A stretch of 64,000 bases of DNA from Monocercomonoides exilis PA203 (taxonomy: Eukaryota > Protista > Preaxostyla), in contig LSRY02000047.1 of assembly GCA_001643675.2 (NCBI GenBank), positions 124,001 through 188,000 on the forward strand. The letters are read 5' to 3'. A program made the translations under genes and the position numbers. Below the pieces are notes generated by a model that saw only the letters and a program-made list of their open reading frames with translations, made no database searches and was not told the DNA's origin. Below are positions 32,100 to 43,500 of the stretch, piece after piece; the stretch's first letter is position 1; every line of letters starts with the position of its first letter.

Positions 32100-32155
32100 T
32101 GACCGACAGCAACAAAAAATGGCATGTCGTGTCGCATAGGTCTAATTATTCAAAT

Positions 32156-32218
32156 TAGACCTGTGCGACACGACAAGCAAATTTTTGGTTCTGCCGGTCA
32201 CTTTAAAAAAAAAAAAAA
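32156..32218. mobile_element. Second, inverted copy of the same transposon end (orphan terminus)
   Basis: TAGACCTGTGCGACACGACA...CCGGTCACT plus A14, mirroring 32098-32144 plus the T-tract, with 11 bp between them. No partner end found downstream in the window. Confidence 0.7.
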
Positions 32219-33238
32219 GTTCTTATTTTTTTATTTTAAAAAACAATTTTTTTTTCTTTTTTTTTTTTTTTTATCATATGGATAATCCTTTTTAAAATCA
32301 AACTTTCGTTCGAGTTTTGATCAAAGCTTTTTTCTTAAAGGGATTTTGAAAAATTGAAATATTGCAAACAAAAAAGGATTATTGTATTCAGACCATTTTT
32401 CATCAAAAAACTCTTTAAAATTGAATGCGAGCTTTTTATTTATCAATTTGCTGTGAAATTCTTTTCTGTCACGAAAAATGATCATCTTCATTTTTAATCT
32501 TTTGTTTAATAGTTTTTGACAAATTGTCACAATAACAATTAAAAGACAATTTCAGCTTTGATTATTTGAATTTTGGTGTCATATGCAATTGAAAGTACTC
32601 CACATCTCTTTTCATTAATAAAAATGCATTTCGAACAAATATTAATGAAAGTTTTGATGTGAGCAAAAAAAACTATTATTTTATTTTCAGTAATGATCAA
32701 TAGGTTTCAATGTTTCAAAAGCATTAATATAATCGCAGCATTGCTTCTTTTTTGCTTTTGATTCATGTGTTTAACGATAAAAGTGAGAACCACTGAAGTG
32801 ATCTTTTGCTGTCAATTTTTTATTTTAATAAAACGAAAGAATTAATCAATATATAATTCGTTGGAGTGAAAGTGAATTGTTAGTGTTATGCAATTTTTAA
32901 GAAATAAAAAGGGTGTATGATTTATATTTTGGTATTCATTCATGAAAAGTTTCACTTGTTTTTTGTTTTATTTGAATGGAATTATGAATTATTAATTATT
33001 TATTGATAAAAATTTTTCTTGTTTTCCAGTGGAGATATTAGAACGCATGAACATATATGATTATTATTGAATCCAAATTTTTAAAGATGAGAAACTTCGA
33101 TTGGAAAATTCACTTTGAATTTTGAAAAATAGATGGTGATAAGCAATATTGAATTTTTCTTAGAAATATTTCAAAAATTCATCTCATTTATTGACTTTTC
33201 TTTCGAATGAATTTCATTCAACAATTGAATAAAAATTA

Positions 33239-33634
33239 CAGATATTGCATAAAATACCGGACATCGCACAAAATACCGGACAAGATCGTTTTCTCAATAA
33301 CCACTCAAAGAGAAAATTTGATAATATTCCTCTAAAGATATCTTAACAATACAAACTCATTTGGCATATCAGACTTTCATTTCCGTGCAGACTGAATATT
33401 TAAAAAATAATTTTTAAAATTTCGGAGAATTAAGATTTTGAATTTCTCCGAAATTTTAAAAATTATTTTTTAAATATTCAGTCTGCACGGAAATGAAAGT
33501 CTGATATGCCAAATGAGTTTGTATTGTTAAGATATCTTTAGAGGAATATTATCAAATTTTCTCTTTGAGTGGTTATTGAGAAAACGATCTTGTCCGGTAT
33601 TTTGTGCGATGTCCGGTATTTTATGTGATATCTG
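33239..33634. mobile_element. 396-bp near-perfect palindromic MITE (191-bp arms, 14-nt spacer), Tc1/mariner/pogo-like CAG...CTG ends
   Basis: Arms 33239-33429 and 33444-33634 differ at only 2 positions by my reading. AAAATACCGGACA is repeated twice near each end. TA precedes the left end, but AA follows the right end. Confidence 0.88.
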
Positions 33635-34091
33635 AATCTAACTCTTAGCAAAAACATTTCAAAGATGAACACACAGATAAAAGTGATGATTCAAAAATCA
33701 ATCACTTATGATATTTTAAAATGATCATTATCTTTGAAAAATGCAATATAATGTTTCGTTTCACAGAATGAATCAATTTTTTTCGAAAAGTCACTTTTGT
33801 TAATTATTCATAATAAAAAATGTTGTCGTTTTTTAATAAAATTTCTGTTTTCTCTCTCGAAATTGCATCCAAATTGAAATATATATGCTGCTCTTTTTTG
33901 CAAACTGCAAAAGAAAATTACAAGGTTCATTGAGATTGGGCATTTTTTCATGAATTCTCACAATTAATTTGTTTTCCAAACAAACTCTTCCATTGAAAAA
34001 GGTAAAACATTTCAATGTTGTTATCATTGAATGGCTTACGTTTTGGAAATAATAAAGGTGCAAGTCCATTTCTATATCAAAAAAAATAATG

Positions 34092-34339
34092 ATATGGATA
34101 ATTCTTTTTGTAAAGTCGCAAATGTTTTATTTTCAAATAAAACAAAAATTTCATATTTCACTCAAAAATTTGTTAACATATACCAAAGGACATTAATAAG
34201 GAATCTATTTCTGGATGATGCAATTTTATTTATTCCAAAGAAGATTTGTGAGCAGAAATATTAACATGAGCAAAATATGAAAATTTTGGTTTATTTGAAA
34301 ATTGAACATTTGCGACTTTTCAAAAAGAATTGCCCATAT
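34092..34339. mobile_element. ~250-bp MITE with ~70-bp imperfect TIRs
   Basis: atatggataattctttttgtaaagtcgcaaatgtt..ttttcaaataaa versus reverse complement atatgggcaattctttttgaaaagtcgcaaatgtt..ttttcaaataaa; TA dinucleotides at the ends. Confidence 0.8.
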
Positions 34340-34639
34340 ATTTATTCGAAACATTGATCTTATCAAGAACAACTTTTAAAAAAGGATAACTCATATGATG
34401 AACAATAATTTCACAAATATTTTTTCTCCAACAATTACATTTTGATTGAAAAATTTCAATTTCAAAATGAAATAGAATATTCAATAAATAAACGTTTTAA
34501 ATAACGAGTGATTATAACTTGAACAATTGGAAAAATTATTAAGTTAACAAGAATGCGTTCCATAGAAAAAATTGCTACAAAGTTCCTACTCATAAGATAG
34601 AATTTTCGATATAATGAAACTTTTTTATCATTTTATTGT

Positions 34640-35640
34640 TAAGATAATTATTCTTTTGAACAGATTTTCCGATTACACAAATAAGTAAAAAAAAAACAAA
34701 TGATTAACAATAAAATGAATCATTTTCCTCTTTCTTCCACAACATCTATTTATTAGATGTTAATTATGTATTAAATTTCAGATGTTCACTTATTTTTCAT
34801 AATTAAAGAGTTATTTTATATACAATTAATGAAATCATCACATTAGCAATGATTTTTCAAAATTGAATCTTATCGATATCAACTAAAGAAACAAGTTTCT
34901 CAAAATAATAAATAACTAAATTAACATATGGGTGATTGCTTTTGTAATTATATTTTTTTTATAAAAATTTCGACTTTTATATTCACTTCGAATGCTTGTT
35001 GATGAATATGAAAAAAGTGAAAACTCCATTAAAAAACATCTCTCTTTTTCTTTCAAATCAAACTTTTTCATTAAAGACAATTAAGATGAATAAAACATAT
35101 CAGTGAAAATTTTATTTTGGATTTCTCGAAATTTTCAAAATTATTGACACCATGAAAAAAGTTATGATTTCAAAAATTATCACCGATATTTCACATATTG
35201 GGTAAGTATTTTTGAAATCATAACTTTTTTCGAGGTGATACTTTTTCATTAATTGTTTGGTCTTTGTGAAGAAATATTGTGATCAATTTGAAAATTAATC
35301 ACAACTGTTTTCGAACATATGCTTTAGCTTCAAAAACGATAAAAATTTCTTGAATAAGCCTTTTCAATTTTCAGAGTTTTTTTATTATTATTCAAAGGAT
35401 ATTTTCAAACCGAAAATTATGAAAGAAAAAATTTGTTGTCAAAAACAATCACCCAATATATATAAAGTTTAGTGTGTTTCAGCAAGATTGAATGTTTTTT
35501 TTTTAATTGAAATATTGTCTTGAAATTTGTTTTACAAAAATATAAATATTATATTTTAAGTGGACATGACATTTAAGTTTTTTTCTATTTTGTAATTCGA
35601 CAAATTCATAATTTACTCCGACGTTAAACAGAATTAATTA
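34640..35640. mobile_element. Old ~1-kb foldback element with a conserved 90-bp central hairpin (35148-35237)
   Basis: Core arms cacc..gaaaaaagttatgatttcaaaaat are near perfect. Outer motif tgggtgattg (34929/35455) lies on the same axis (~35192), with weaker matches further out. Outer limits are approximate. Confidence 0.6.
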
Positions 35641-35886
35641 TTAAAATAGAATTTTCGAAACTCGTCGAACAATTTGAAAATTCACAAAAAATAGTTCAGG
35701 TTCAAAAAAGAGTTGTAATTAAATTACATGAAATGTTTTATCATTTTAAAAATTCCTAAAAAATTGAAATAAAAAAACAAATATTCTCACTATTTTAATT
35801 CAGAAAATTTATAAATAGCTTGTTTGGGTTTAAAAAAAAAATATTGGAAGACAACACACAAAAATAGAAAAAATTAAAACAGAGCT

Positions 35887-36558
35887 TCATTCCTTCATTC
35901 CGATAAGAAGAGAATGATTAAAATGATATTCAGTCAAATATTTCAAATCTTCGAAAAGGCTAGGTGCATAAGTTGGAGACGCAACAAATATTTCGCCAAG
36001 AAGTGATACGAGAGCACCAGAAGTCATTGATGCAAGAAGTGAAACTTGCTCTGGACAAGCTATAATGTGCGAAGAAAGAGGAAAAAGTGTCTGAATTGTT
36101 TCCGGCTTATCTGTTATGGCAGAAAAATAATTTCTATCTACCGAAAAAGGATTTTCAATGGTCTAAAAATTTTTTTTGTAATAAAATAAGAAAGAATTTC
36201 ATCAAACTGTAGATGGAATTCCATTTTTCCGAGCAACATAAGATATTAAATCTTCAAGTACTGCTCTCAAACGAACTTGTCTTTTTTTCCAATTAGTAAC
36301 TGTAGAAAGGGTAATTTCTGTTTGTTCCTCTGATGTTTTCCCAGTTTCAAGAGATGCATCTCTTAATGAATAAACAATAGGAGCTCCTTTTTTATAGTAT
36401 AAAGTTACAAGATATGGTTCACATATCTCTTCTTTTGATGTTGGACTTGGAATGTTGACGGACACAACCAGTTCTTCTCTTCCACGAAGATAGAACTGAA
36501 AATGACGCAACCCAACGAGACTTCCAAAACGAAGAATATCCTTATGGAAATTTTCCAT
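35887..36558 (-). CDS. Uncharacterised ~208-aa protein, 2 exons
   Basis: 45-nt GTTTGA..TAG intron (36163-36207) joins MENFHKDILRFGSLVGLRHFQFYLRGREEL... in frame to TIENPFSVDRNYF...LLIGMKE*; globular composition. Family not recognised. Confidence 0.7.
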
Positions 36559-36933
36559 TTCACTTCAATAAATGATGAGACTTATTATCAAAGTTAGATG
36601 AAGGAAAAATTCAAGATCATGGACCATTTATTTTTTTTTGAGACAAATGTTTTCTTTAACAACGTGTATTTTTTATGAAGTTATTCGATACGTATCCTTT
36701 CATATATTTATATTGTAAAGCGAATGTTTTATATTTAAAAAATAATGAACTGCCTTTTCTTTGTAATTTTTTAATATTTTCTTCTTTATTCCAGAGAAAC
36801 ATTTATTTACGATGTGTGATGAAAAGCATAATACAATACTCATTTTAAGCAGAAAGCAATCAAGTCTCGTTGAGGCGTATGTTTTTTCTTTTTGAAATGA
36901 AGTTCATTGAAATGATGTGAAATGAGCTATAAA

Positions 36934-37476
36934 TTAATGGCTAAGTCTCAGAGGAGGAGATATAAGGATAATAAGATCCCCACGCACGAACATAAGAGGA
37001 TGATGCTTCTTTTGAGACTGGAAAATATGCATATATAATTTAAAAATTCACAAATAAATGTTAGAAAATTACTGAAAACAAACGTTTGCAATTTCTTCAC
37101 CAGTTTCTGGATCCACATCAACAATGTTTATTGTTTCCTCTACATCAGAAAGCAAAATATTTAAATGCTGATCATAAGCCTGTTGAAAAAATATGAACAA
37201 TTAAGGCTGAAAATGATACAAAAATAAAAGAAAATACGTGAAGCATTCCACGTAATTCACGCTCCCCTCTTAATTTGATGACAACTCTTTCGCTAAGAGA
37301 AAGCCTTATTAAATCTTATTTTGTGAATTAAAAAGATACAAATTATTATTGTGTTCAAAAGAAAATTTTCAGTTAAAAAAAGATTAATATTCAAATTTAA
37401 TCAACAAACCAAGTGGCTCTCTAACGCTTTCATCGATTTTGTCCTCATTCTTTTGGGCATGCAAAGAGTTGGACAT
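36934..37476 (-). CDS. LSM3: U6 snRNA-associated Sm-like protein LSm3, 4 exons
   Basis: Spliced product [48 protein letters not shown]...[15 protein letters not shown]; absent from the ORF track. Confidence 0.95.
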
Positions 37477-37847
37477 AAATGCAAAATAATTCAGATCGAT
37501 ATGCCCTTCATAAAAGAGATTTTTCAAGAAAAAAATAGCTAATTTTTTTGAAAAAATAAAAAATACAAATTAAACTGATACATAAAAACATTAGATTGGA
37601 ATAAAAATTTCATTTTTGTGTGATTGAAATTTCAGGTGTTATAATGGTCAAGTTAATAAAATGAATTTAAAGATTCAATATTATGGAAAGACTTTTTCTC
37701 ATAATAAATGATATTACGTTTGGAACGAATTAAAATTTGATTATCTGTATGAATTAGATAAAGTTGAAACTTAATGACAAAACGTGTATAACGTTATAAA
37801 CACATATTTAAAGTATGTAAAGTAGATCAACTTTTAAAGTTGTGAAG

Positions 37848-39448
37848 ATGGCAACTCCTTTGGATAAAAAAATTTCTGCTCTTGCAGAGAAATATACTCC
37901 TCTTGCAAGAGAGATATTAGCTGAATGCATCCGTATACCAGCTGATTATGTTGACAAATCTCCAGCAGAGGCTTGACAGTTTTAACTTTTTTGTATTATT
38001 TATGCCATTTATTTTAGGGTGGAGATCCAAGATGCGGTTTGAGCAATCACGAATATCCTCGAATTAAATACATGATGGACATGATTATAAAGCATGGAGC
38101 AGTTGAAAAGCCAGAAGATGTTTGCTTTGATGGATTTGGAAACCTTTCATGGGTTGTTGAAGATAAAGAAGATTCAACCCCAAGAGACAAAAAGAAAGTT
38201 GTGTATTTTGATGGACATACAGATACTGTAAATGCGCTTCGACCAGCATGGAGAGAGAAAATTGGAGGAATTGATTGCTATGATGGATTGATTGATCCAA
38301 AACACATCGATCGTAAGTTTCTCGAATCACAATTGGGCTATCTTCCACCAGACTCTGAATTTAATCATTGTATCTTTGGGCGTGGCTCAGCTGATCAACT
38401 TGCTGGAGTTGTTGGTGAAATTATTGCTTCAAAGATCATGCTTGAATTGAAAGCAGAAGGAGCTCTGAGAGGAGTTATCGTTAGATGCTATGGTACAGTT
38501 GCTGAAGAGGATAATGATGGAGGAGGGCCAATGTATGTCGTTAGGAAGGAGCTTCCAGGAGCAGGAGCTGATAAAATCCCAGATTGTGTCATCCATACCG
38601 AAGGTACTGGATGCTCTGAACTTGGTGCACTGGGTATTTATCGTGGACAGAGAGGCAGAATGCAAATTGAAGTTGATGTTATTGGTAAATCATGCCACGG
38701 TTCCATGCCTTGGATGGGAGTTAATCCTCTGGAGTTCGGATCGAACATCATTAAAGAGGCAAGAGAGAGATACGAAAAGGGAATTGGATTCAAGGATGAT
38801 CCTTTCCTCGGAAAGGGAACACGTGTTGCATCAGATGCACGTCTTGCTACACCTTCTGATTGCGCTGTTCCAGAAAGATTCACATTCCGCTTTGATCGTC
38901 GTTTGACTGCTGGCGAGTCGCCAAAAGAAGCTGTTGCTGATGTTGAATCATTTGAATCAGTGAAGGCTGCTCGTGCTGCTGGGTGCACAGTCACTGTTTC
39001 TGTTCCTCGCTACACAGACCCATCATGGAAGGGAACACCACCAGACAACGACCAGATTTACATGTCGTGGGTTACTCCAGAAGATCACCCAGTTATCAAA
39101 GCTGCTGTTGAGTCATACAAGAGAGTGATTACTCCAGTTATTCCAGCATCACACAAGGAAACCAAAGAAGCCATCAAGAGAGAACCACGTGTTGCTCGCT
39201 GGATCTTCTCAACTGACGGTGTCGGATATCCTATCCCTGTTTCAGACACATCTATTGCTGTTACTCCTGCAAAGAAATGGGTGACAACTGGAGAATACAA
39301 ACATCCAGCTATGTTCGGCTTTGGTGCAGGATATGAACAAAATACTCATAAGATTGGAGAATGGGTAGATGAGAGAGAAATTCAGCACGCCATTGCGCTG
39401 TATTCAAGATTCCCATCATTGTTTGCCGAAATTGATCCACCGCAATAA
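37848..39448 (+). CDS. M20 metallohydrolase, YgeY-like family, 2 exons
   Basis: ATG at 37848; intron ending at 38017; motifs DGHTDTV, GRGSADQLAG, EEDNDG, YRGQRGRM, SCHGSMP, DRRLTAGE, WIFSTDGV, GFGAG..H. Confidence 0.88.
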
Positions 39449-40018
39449 ATCTTCTTTGGTTAGACATTTTTTATAGAAAAAATTCGGCTGATGAAGAAAA
39501 ATAATGAAAACAGATATTTAAGTTATTGAGATAACATCTTTTATAAGCATTCATTTTTCGTTTAATTACTTTTTACTATTTTTTACGTGTTGTCAACAGA
39601 TGAATATAATATATTTATATATATGTGAAACATGATTGTTTATTTTTCAAAATAGGAATAATTTCTTCTTTCAGAGAGATTGTTTCAAAGGATTTTAATG
39701 TTATGCTTAAAGGACAATTTTTAATTGAATTTTGTAATGATACATATCTTAAATGAATAAGTAAAAACTACTTTTAAATTGTCTGACTGAATACTTTAAC
39801 TAAAAAATGTCCACAAAATAATAAAATATTAATTGTAAATAAACCGAATTATCATTAAAAAAACAATATTGCAAAAATTAAAATATATAATGCATTATCG
39901 AAGGAAATACTAACAATGTTGCTTTCGTCTTTAAACAAAAAAATTGTTAAACAAAGAACTTAATTTGAAAAAAAAATTCACTTATCATGAAATACAAATT
40001 TAAGGAAACATAAAAATA

Positions 40019-40369
40019 TCAAAATTTGTTAGGAAATGTATTGTAATGTTGGAATTTCGAGTTATACTTTCGGTTGATAGCTTCTAGAATAATTAATCCA
40101 GAAATTGTCAAAATGACGACACATGAACCAAAGTAAAGACAAAATGAAATTTCTTTCTTCATGTGACCATTACCGGTGGATGGATTACTCGATTCCTTAT
40201 TCATAATATGCCCATTTGGTTTGACACCTGCTTCAAGATCCATCGTTTTTTGTTTCTTAATTTGTTCTGAAGAATGTCGAACGTCTTCGAGTACATCAAT
40301 GAAATAATTGGAAGTTCGATCATGAACACACAACGTGAAACAAAAAATTACGACGAATTGCAACAACAT
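40019..40369 (-). CDS. Small hypothetical membrane protein (signal peptide plus C-terminal TM)
   Basis: 116-aa ATG-initiated ORF in AT-rich DNA with hydrophobic N- and C-terminal segments. Confidence 0.45.
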   Translation of the reverse strand: MLLQFVVIFCFTLCVHDRTSNYFIDVLEDVRHSSEQIKKQKTMDLEAGVKPNGHIMNKESSNPSTGNGHMKKEISFCLYFGSCVVILTISGLIILEAINRKYNSKFQHYNTFPNKF

Positions 40370-40566
40370 AGCATTTCACGGTCAAATCACTTAAACTCTC
40401 CCTTTATTATCTAATTATTCCGTTCCTTATCGTTTCCAAAAAAAATGGGTCAAAATATCTCAATGTTCGAAAATAATAATAATAAAATAATGATAATTTA
40501 TTTGAAACAAAAAAATGAAACAAAATATTCAAATTGATAAATGGTTATAGTGGTCAATATAAAAAC

Positions 40567-43500
40567 TCAATACTTTGAGCGAATTTTTAATTGAAGTGAA
40601 TCTAAATAATCTTCAAACGACGCCCATACATCAGTGGTGGGAGTCTGATCATTACTAGAAAAATCATTTTGTTGTTGTTGTTGTTGCGTCTGTTGCTGCT
40701 CATCTTGCTTGTTCAAAGAAGGTTTCCACCAGCCAAACATATTTTTCACTCCCTTTGCCACTGCCCCCGACAACCCAAACGTTACAGCATTCATTCCCTT
40801 CCCCAACCACCCCAATCCAATCGGAAGCACCCCTCCTTTCCCCTCTTTCTCTTCCTCCCCCTTCTTCTTCCCTCCCTTCTTCCCCCACCTGCCCCCTTTC
40901 TCCCCTTCCCTCAAAAGCATATCCAGTTTCTCTCTCTCGGACAAAATCGGCCGCGTCGGAGAAATTCGGACCAAACGAGAAAGCAGAAAACGCTCTGAAT
41001 TTGTGCCCGGGATGATCCAGCGGAAGCGCGGAGGGAACACACGGCCTCTGCACAGCAGCCTGGCTGTGTTGTGCAAAGAGACGCTGGAGCGGATGATTTC
41101 GCGGCAGAAGAGGAAAGGGTAGTGCTGGGGGGTGAGGAGGAGTGGGGTCCAGGTGAAGGGAGAGGAGGAGGAGGAAGAAGAAGAAGGCAAAGGTTGATTG
41201 CCATCAGCAGCAGCAGCAGCAGTTGTGCTAGTAGCAATGGAAGTGCCTTTGTTGAGGTTATATTCAGACAGAGAAGCATCAGATGAATCACTCATGTCAC
41301 CTTCAACTTCTGCTTCTGCTTCTGCATCATCATCATCGTAATCATAAGCATCATCATTGTCATCTTCTTCTTTATTTCCACTTTCATCTTCAACAGCATT
41401 TTCACTTCCTCCTTTATTTCTGCTGCCATTTTGTTTCGTTCCCTTCTTCTTCTTCTTCTTCTTCCCCTTCTCCTTCCTGTTCTTCTCCCTTTCCCTTTCC
41501 CTCTCCTTCTCCTTCCTCTCCCTCATCCTCCTCCTCCTCTCCCTCCTCCTCCTCTCCTCGTCCGCCCTCAGCAGCATCATCTGCTGTCTCCTCAGCTGAA
41601 TCGCATTCACCTTCTCCATCAGTTTCCCTGTCCTCCTCACCGCCCCGCCCAGCCACAGAAGGATTTCGCTGCCTTCGTCGATGATGGCGTCGCTGTGGAT
41701 GTCGAGCGCTTCGAACGACGCCAGCTGCTCTGTGACACTCAGACGCACACACACACGCTGCGTGAGGGTGTGGACGGGGCAGGTGGGGAGAGGAGGAGGG
41801 GGGGAGGAAGAGGAGGAAGAAGAAGAATGAGAAGAAGAAGAAGAAGAAGAAGAAGATGATGATGATGACGAAGATAACAAATTAGCATTTTCTTGAGCAT
41901 AGTTTCTTATTTGACTGAAAGGAAATCCTTGTTTCAAGCCAAACCCATCTTCACTTTGTGAAGAAGAAGAAGAAGAAGAAGAAGAAGAAGAAGATGTTTG
42001 ACTCATTCCAGACGCCAACACTGACGAAAACATTCGTTGTGGAAGGATATTTTCATTTCTTTGATTGTTTTTCAATTGTTTATTTGAACTTATTAATGAA
42101 TCATTTTCTGTGTTAGAAACAATTTTCTGCCGAACTGGAATGGATTGCCTATAAAAATGCGATGCTAACCACGATGGATCATTCCACCGCTGTTTTGCTT
42201 GATTCATTCGTTTTGCTGCTTCTTTCCTTTTCTCAGTGATTTTTGAACTCGTTTTGCTTCCTCTTCCAACAGAAGATGATGAAATAGATAAAGAAGAACA
42301 AACATATCCTTCTGTATTTTCTTTTCCTTTTCCACGTTCTTCTTCTTCTTCTTCTTCATATTTTTCTTTCTCATCTTCTCCCTCTTCTTCTTTCTCTTCC
42401 TTTTCTCCATCTTCACCATTTCTTTCATTCTCTCCATTCTGCTCCACAAACCACCTCATCTCCCTCTCCTCCTCCCCCATCCTCCCCATCATCCACTCCT
42501 CTTTCTCCTCAATCGTCAGCCTCCCCGCCCCAAAATCTGCTCCCGGGTGGCAGCTCTCCATCGCCACAGCCACTTCCCCTTCTTCATCGCCCACCCGATA
42601 CATCCTCGGCAGAAGCACCCTCTCTGCTACACCTTCTTCCCCATCCACAAACAGCATCCGCTCAAACTGCTTCTCGTCCTCGCTCCCTTGCTTCACCCCA
42701 GCCACCCTGCTCCGTCCAATGCAGAACAGCAGAAAGGGTACTATCTTCATAAAAGGGAACAACGTATGCACACGCGCCACGGGGAGTGCGAGGGAAAGCT
42801 GATCAACAGGCAGAAGACGGCCAAACATGAATGTGGGTGAGCGGTTGAAGAGGTCTTTGAAAGAAGAAGGGAAGCGACTCCGCCCGCCACGGCGCTCCCA
42901 CAGCTGCAGGGCGGAGGATGGGATTGTTCGGGTGTCGGAGAAAGAAGAAGAAGAAGAGGAGGAGGAGGAGGAAGAAGAAGAAGAAGATGATGATGAAGAA
43001 GCAGATACAAGCAATGCTGCTGAGTAGTTTGATGGGAGCAGCTCAGAAAAAGCAGATTGGATGAAAGAAAGAAGAAGCGAGTCGATTCGTGCGACCAGCT
43101 CGTTTGTGCGGAGTTTGATTGAATAAGAAGGGAGATAAACAGAATGGAAAGGGCGCTCAATGATGTGATAGAAACCAGAGGAAGAGATGTGGATGCGGGG
43201 GTGGCGGAGGAGGGAGATGGAAGAGGAAGAGGAAGAAGAGGAAGAAGAGGAGGAATAAATTGAACGTGAAGAACGAGAAGAAGAGGAAGAAGATGAAGGC
43301 GATATAATTTTATTGTAAAGTGCAGTAACATTCGGGTTAATGCAATGATTTCCGATTTTGTTAAGAAAGTCTCCGTCATGCTGCGATTTGAATAAATAAG
43401 CGCCTTTTTCGTCTTCTTCTTCTTCCTCTGCTGACTCCAACGCCAACACATCTCCACTATCATCATCGTCTCCATCATCTTCATCATCATCGCTATCATT

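Larger units (their letters stand above)
27737..32144. mobile_element. 4.4-kb non-autonomous TIR DNA transposon with 9-bp target-site duplication, carrying cargo
   Basis: Left end TAGACCTGTGCGACA (27737); right end reverse complement TAGACCTATGCGACA (ends 32144), 14/15 match. ATTATTCAA at both 27728-27736 and 32145-32153. GTGACCGACAG occurs subterminally at both ends (~27782 and ~32099). No intact transposase ORF. Confidence 0.8.

Noticed and set aside
27500-35700. CRISPR array or prokaryotic defence island
   Set aside because: Repeats are inverted pairs, not regularly spaced direct repeats; no cas-like ORFs; the context is eukaryotic.
28674-35700. Short F/I/K/N-rich ORFs in the AT-rich island
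   Set aside because: Apart from the pseudogene fragments, their composition is what random AT-rich DNA gives.
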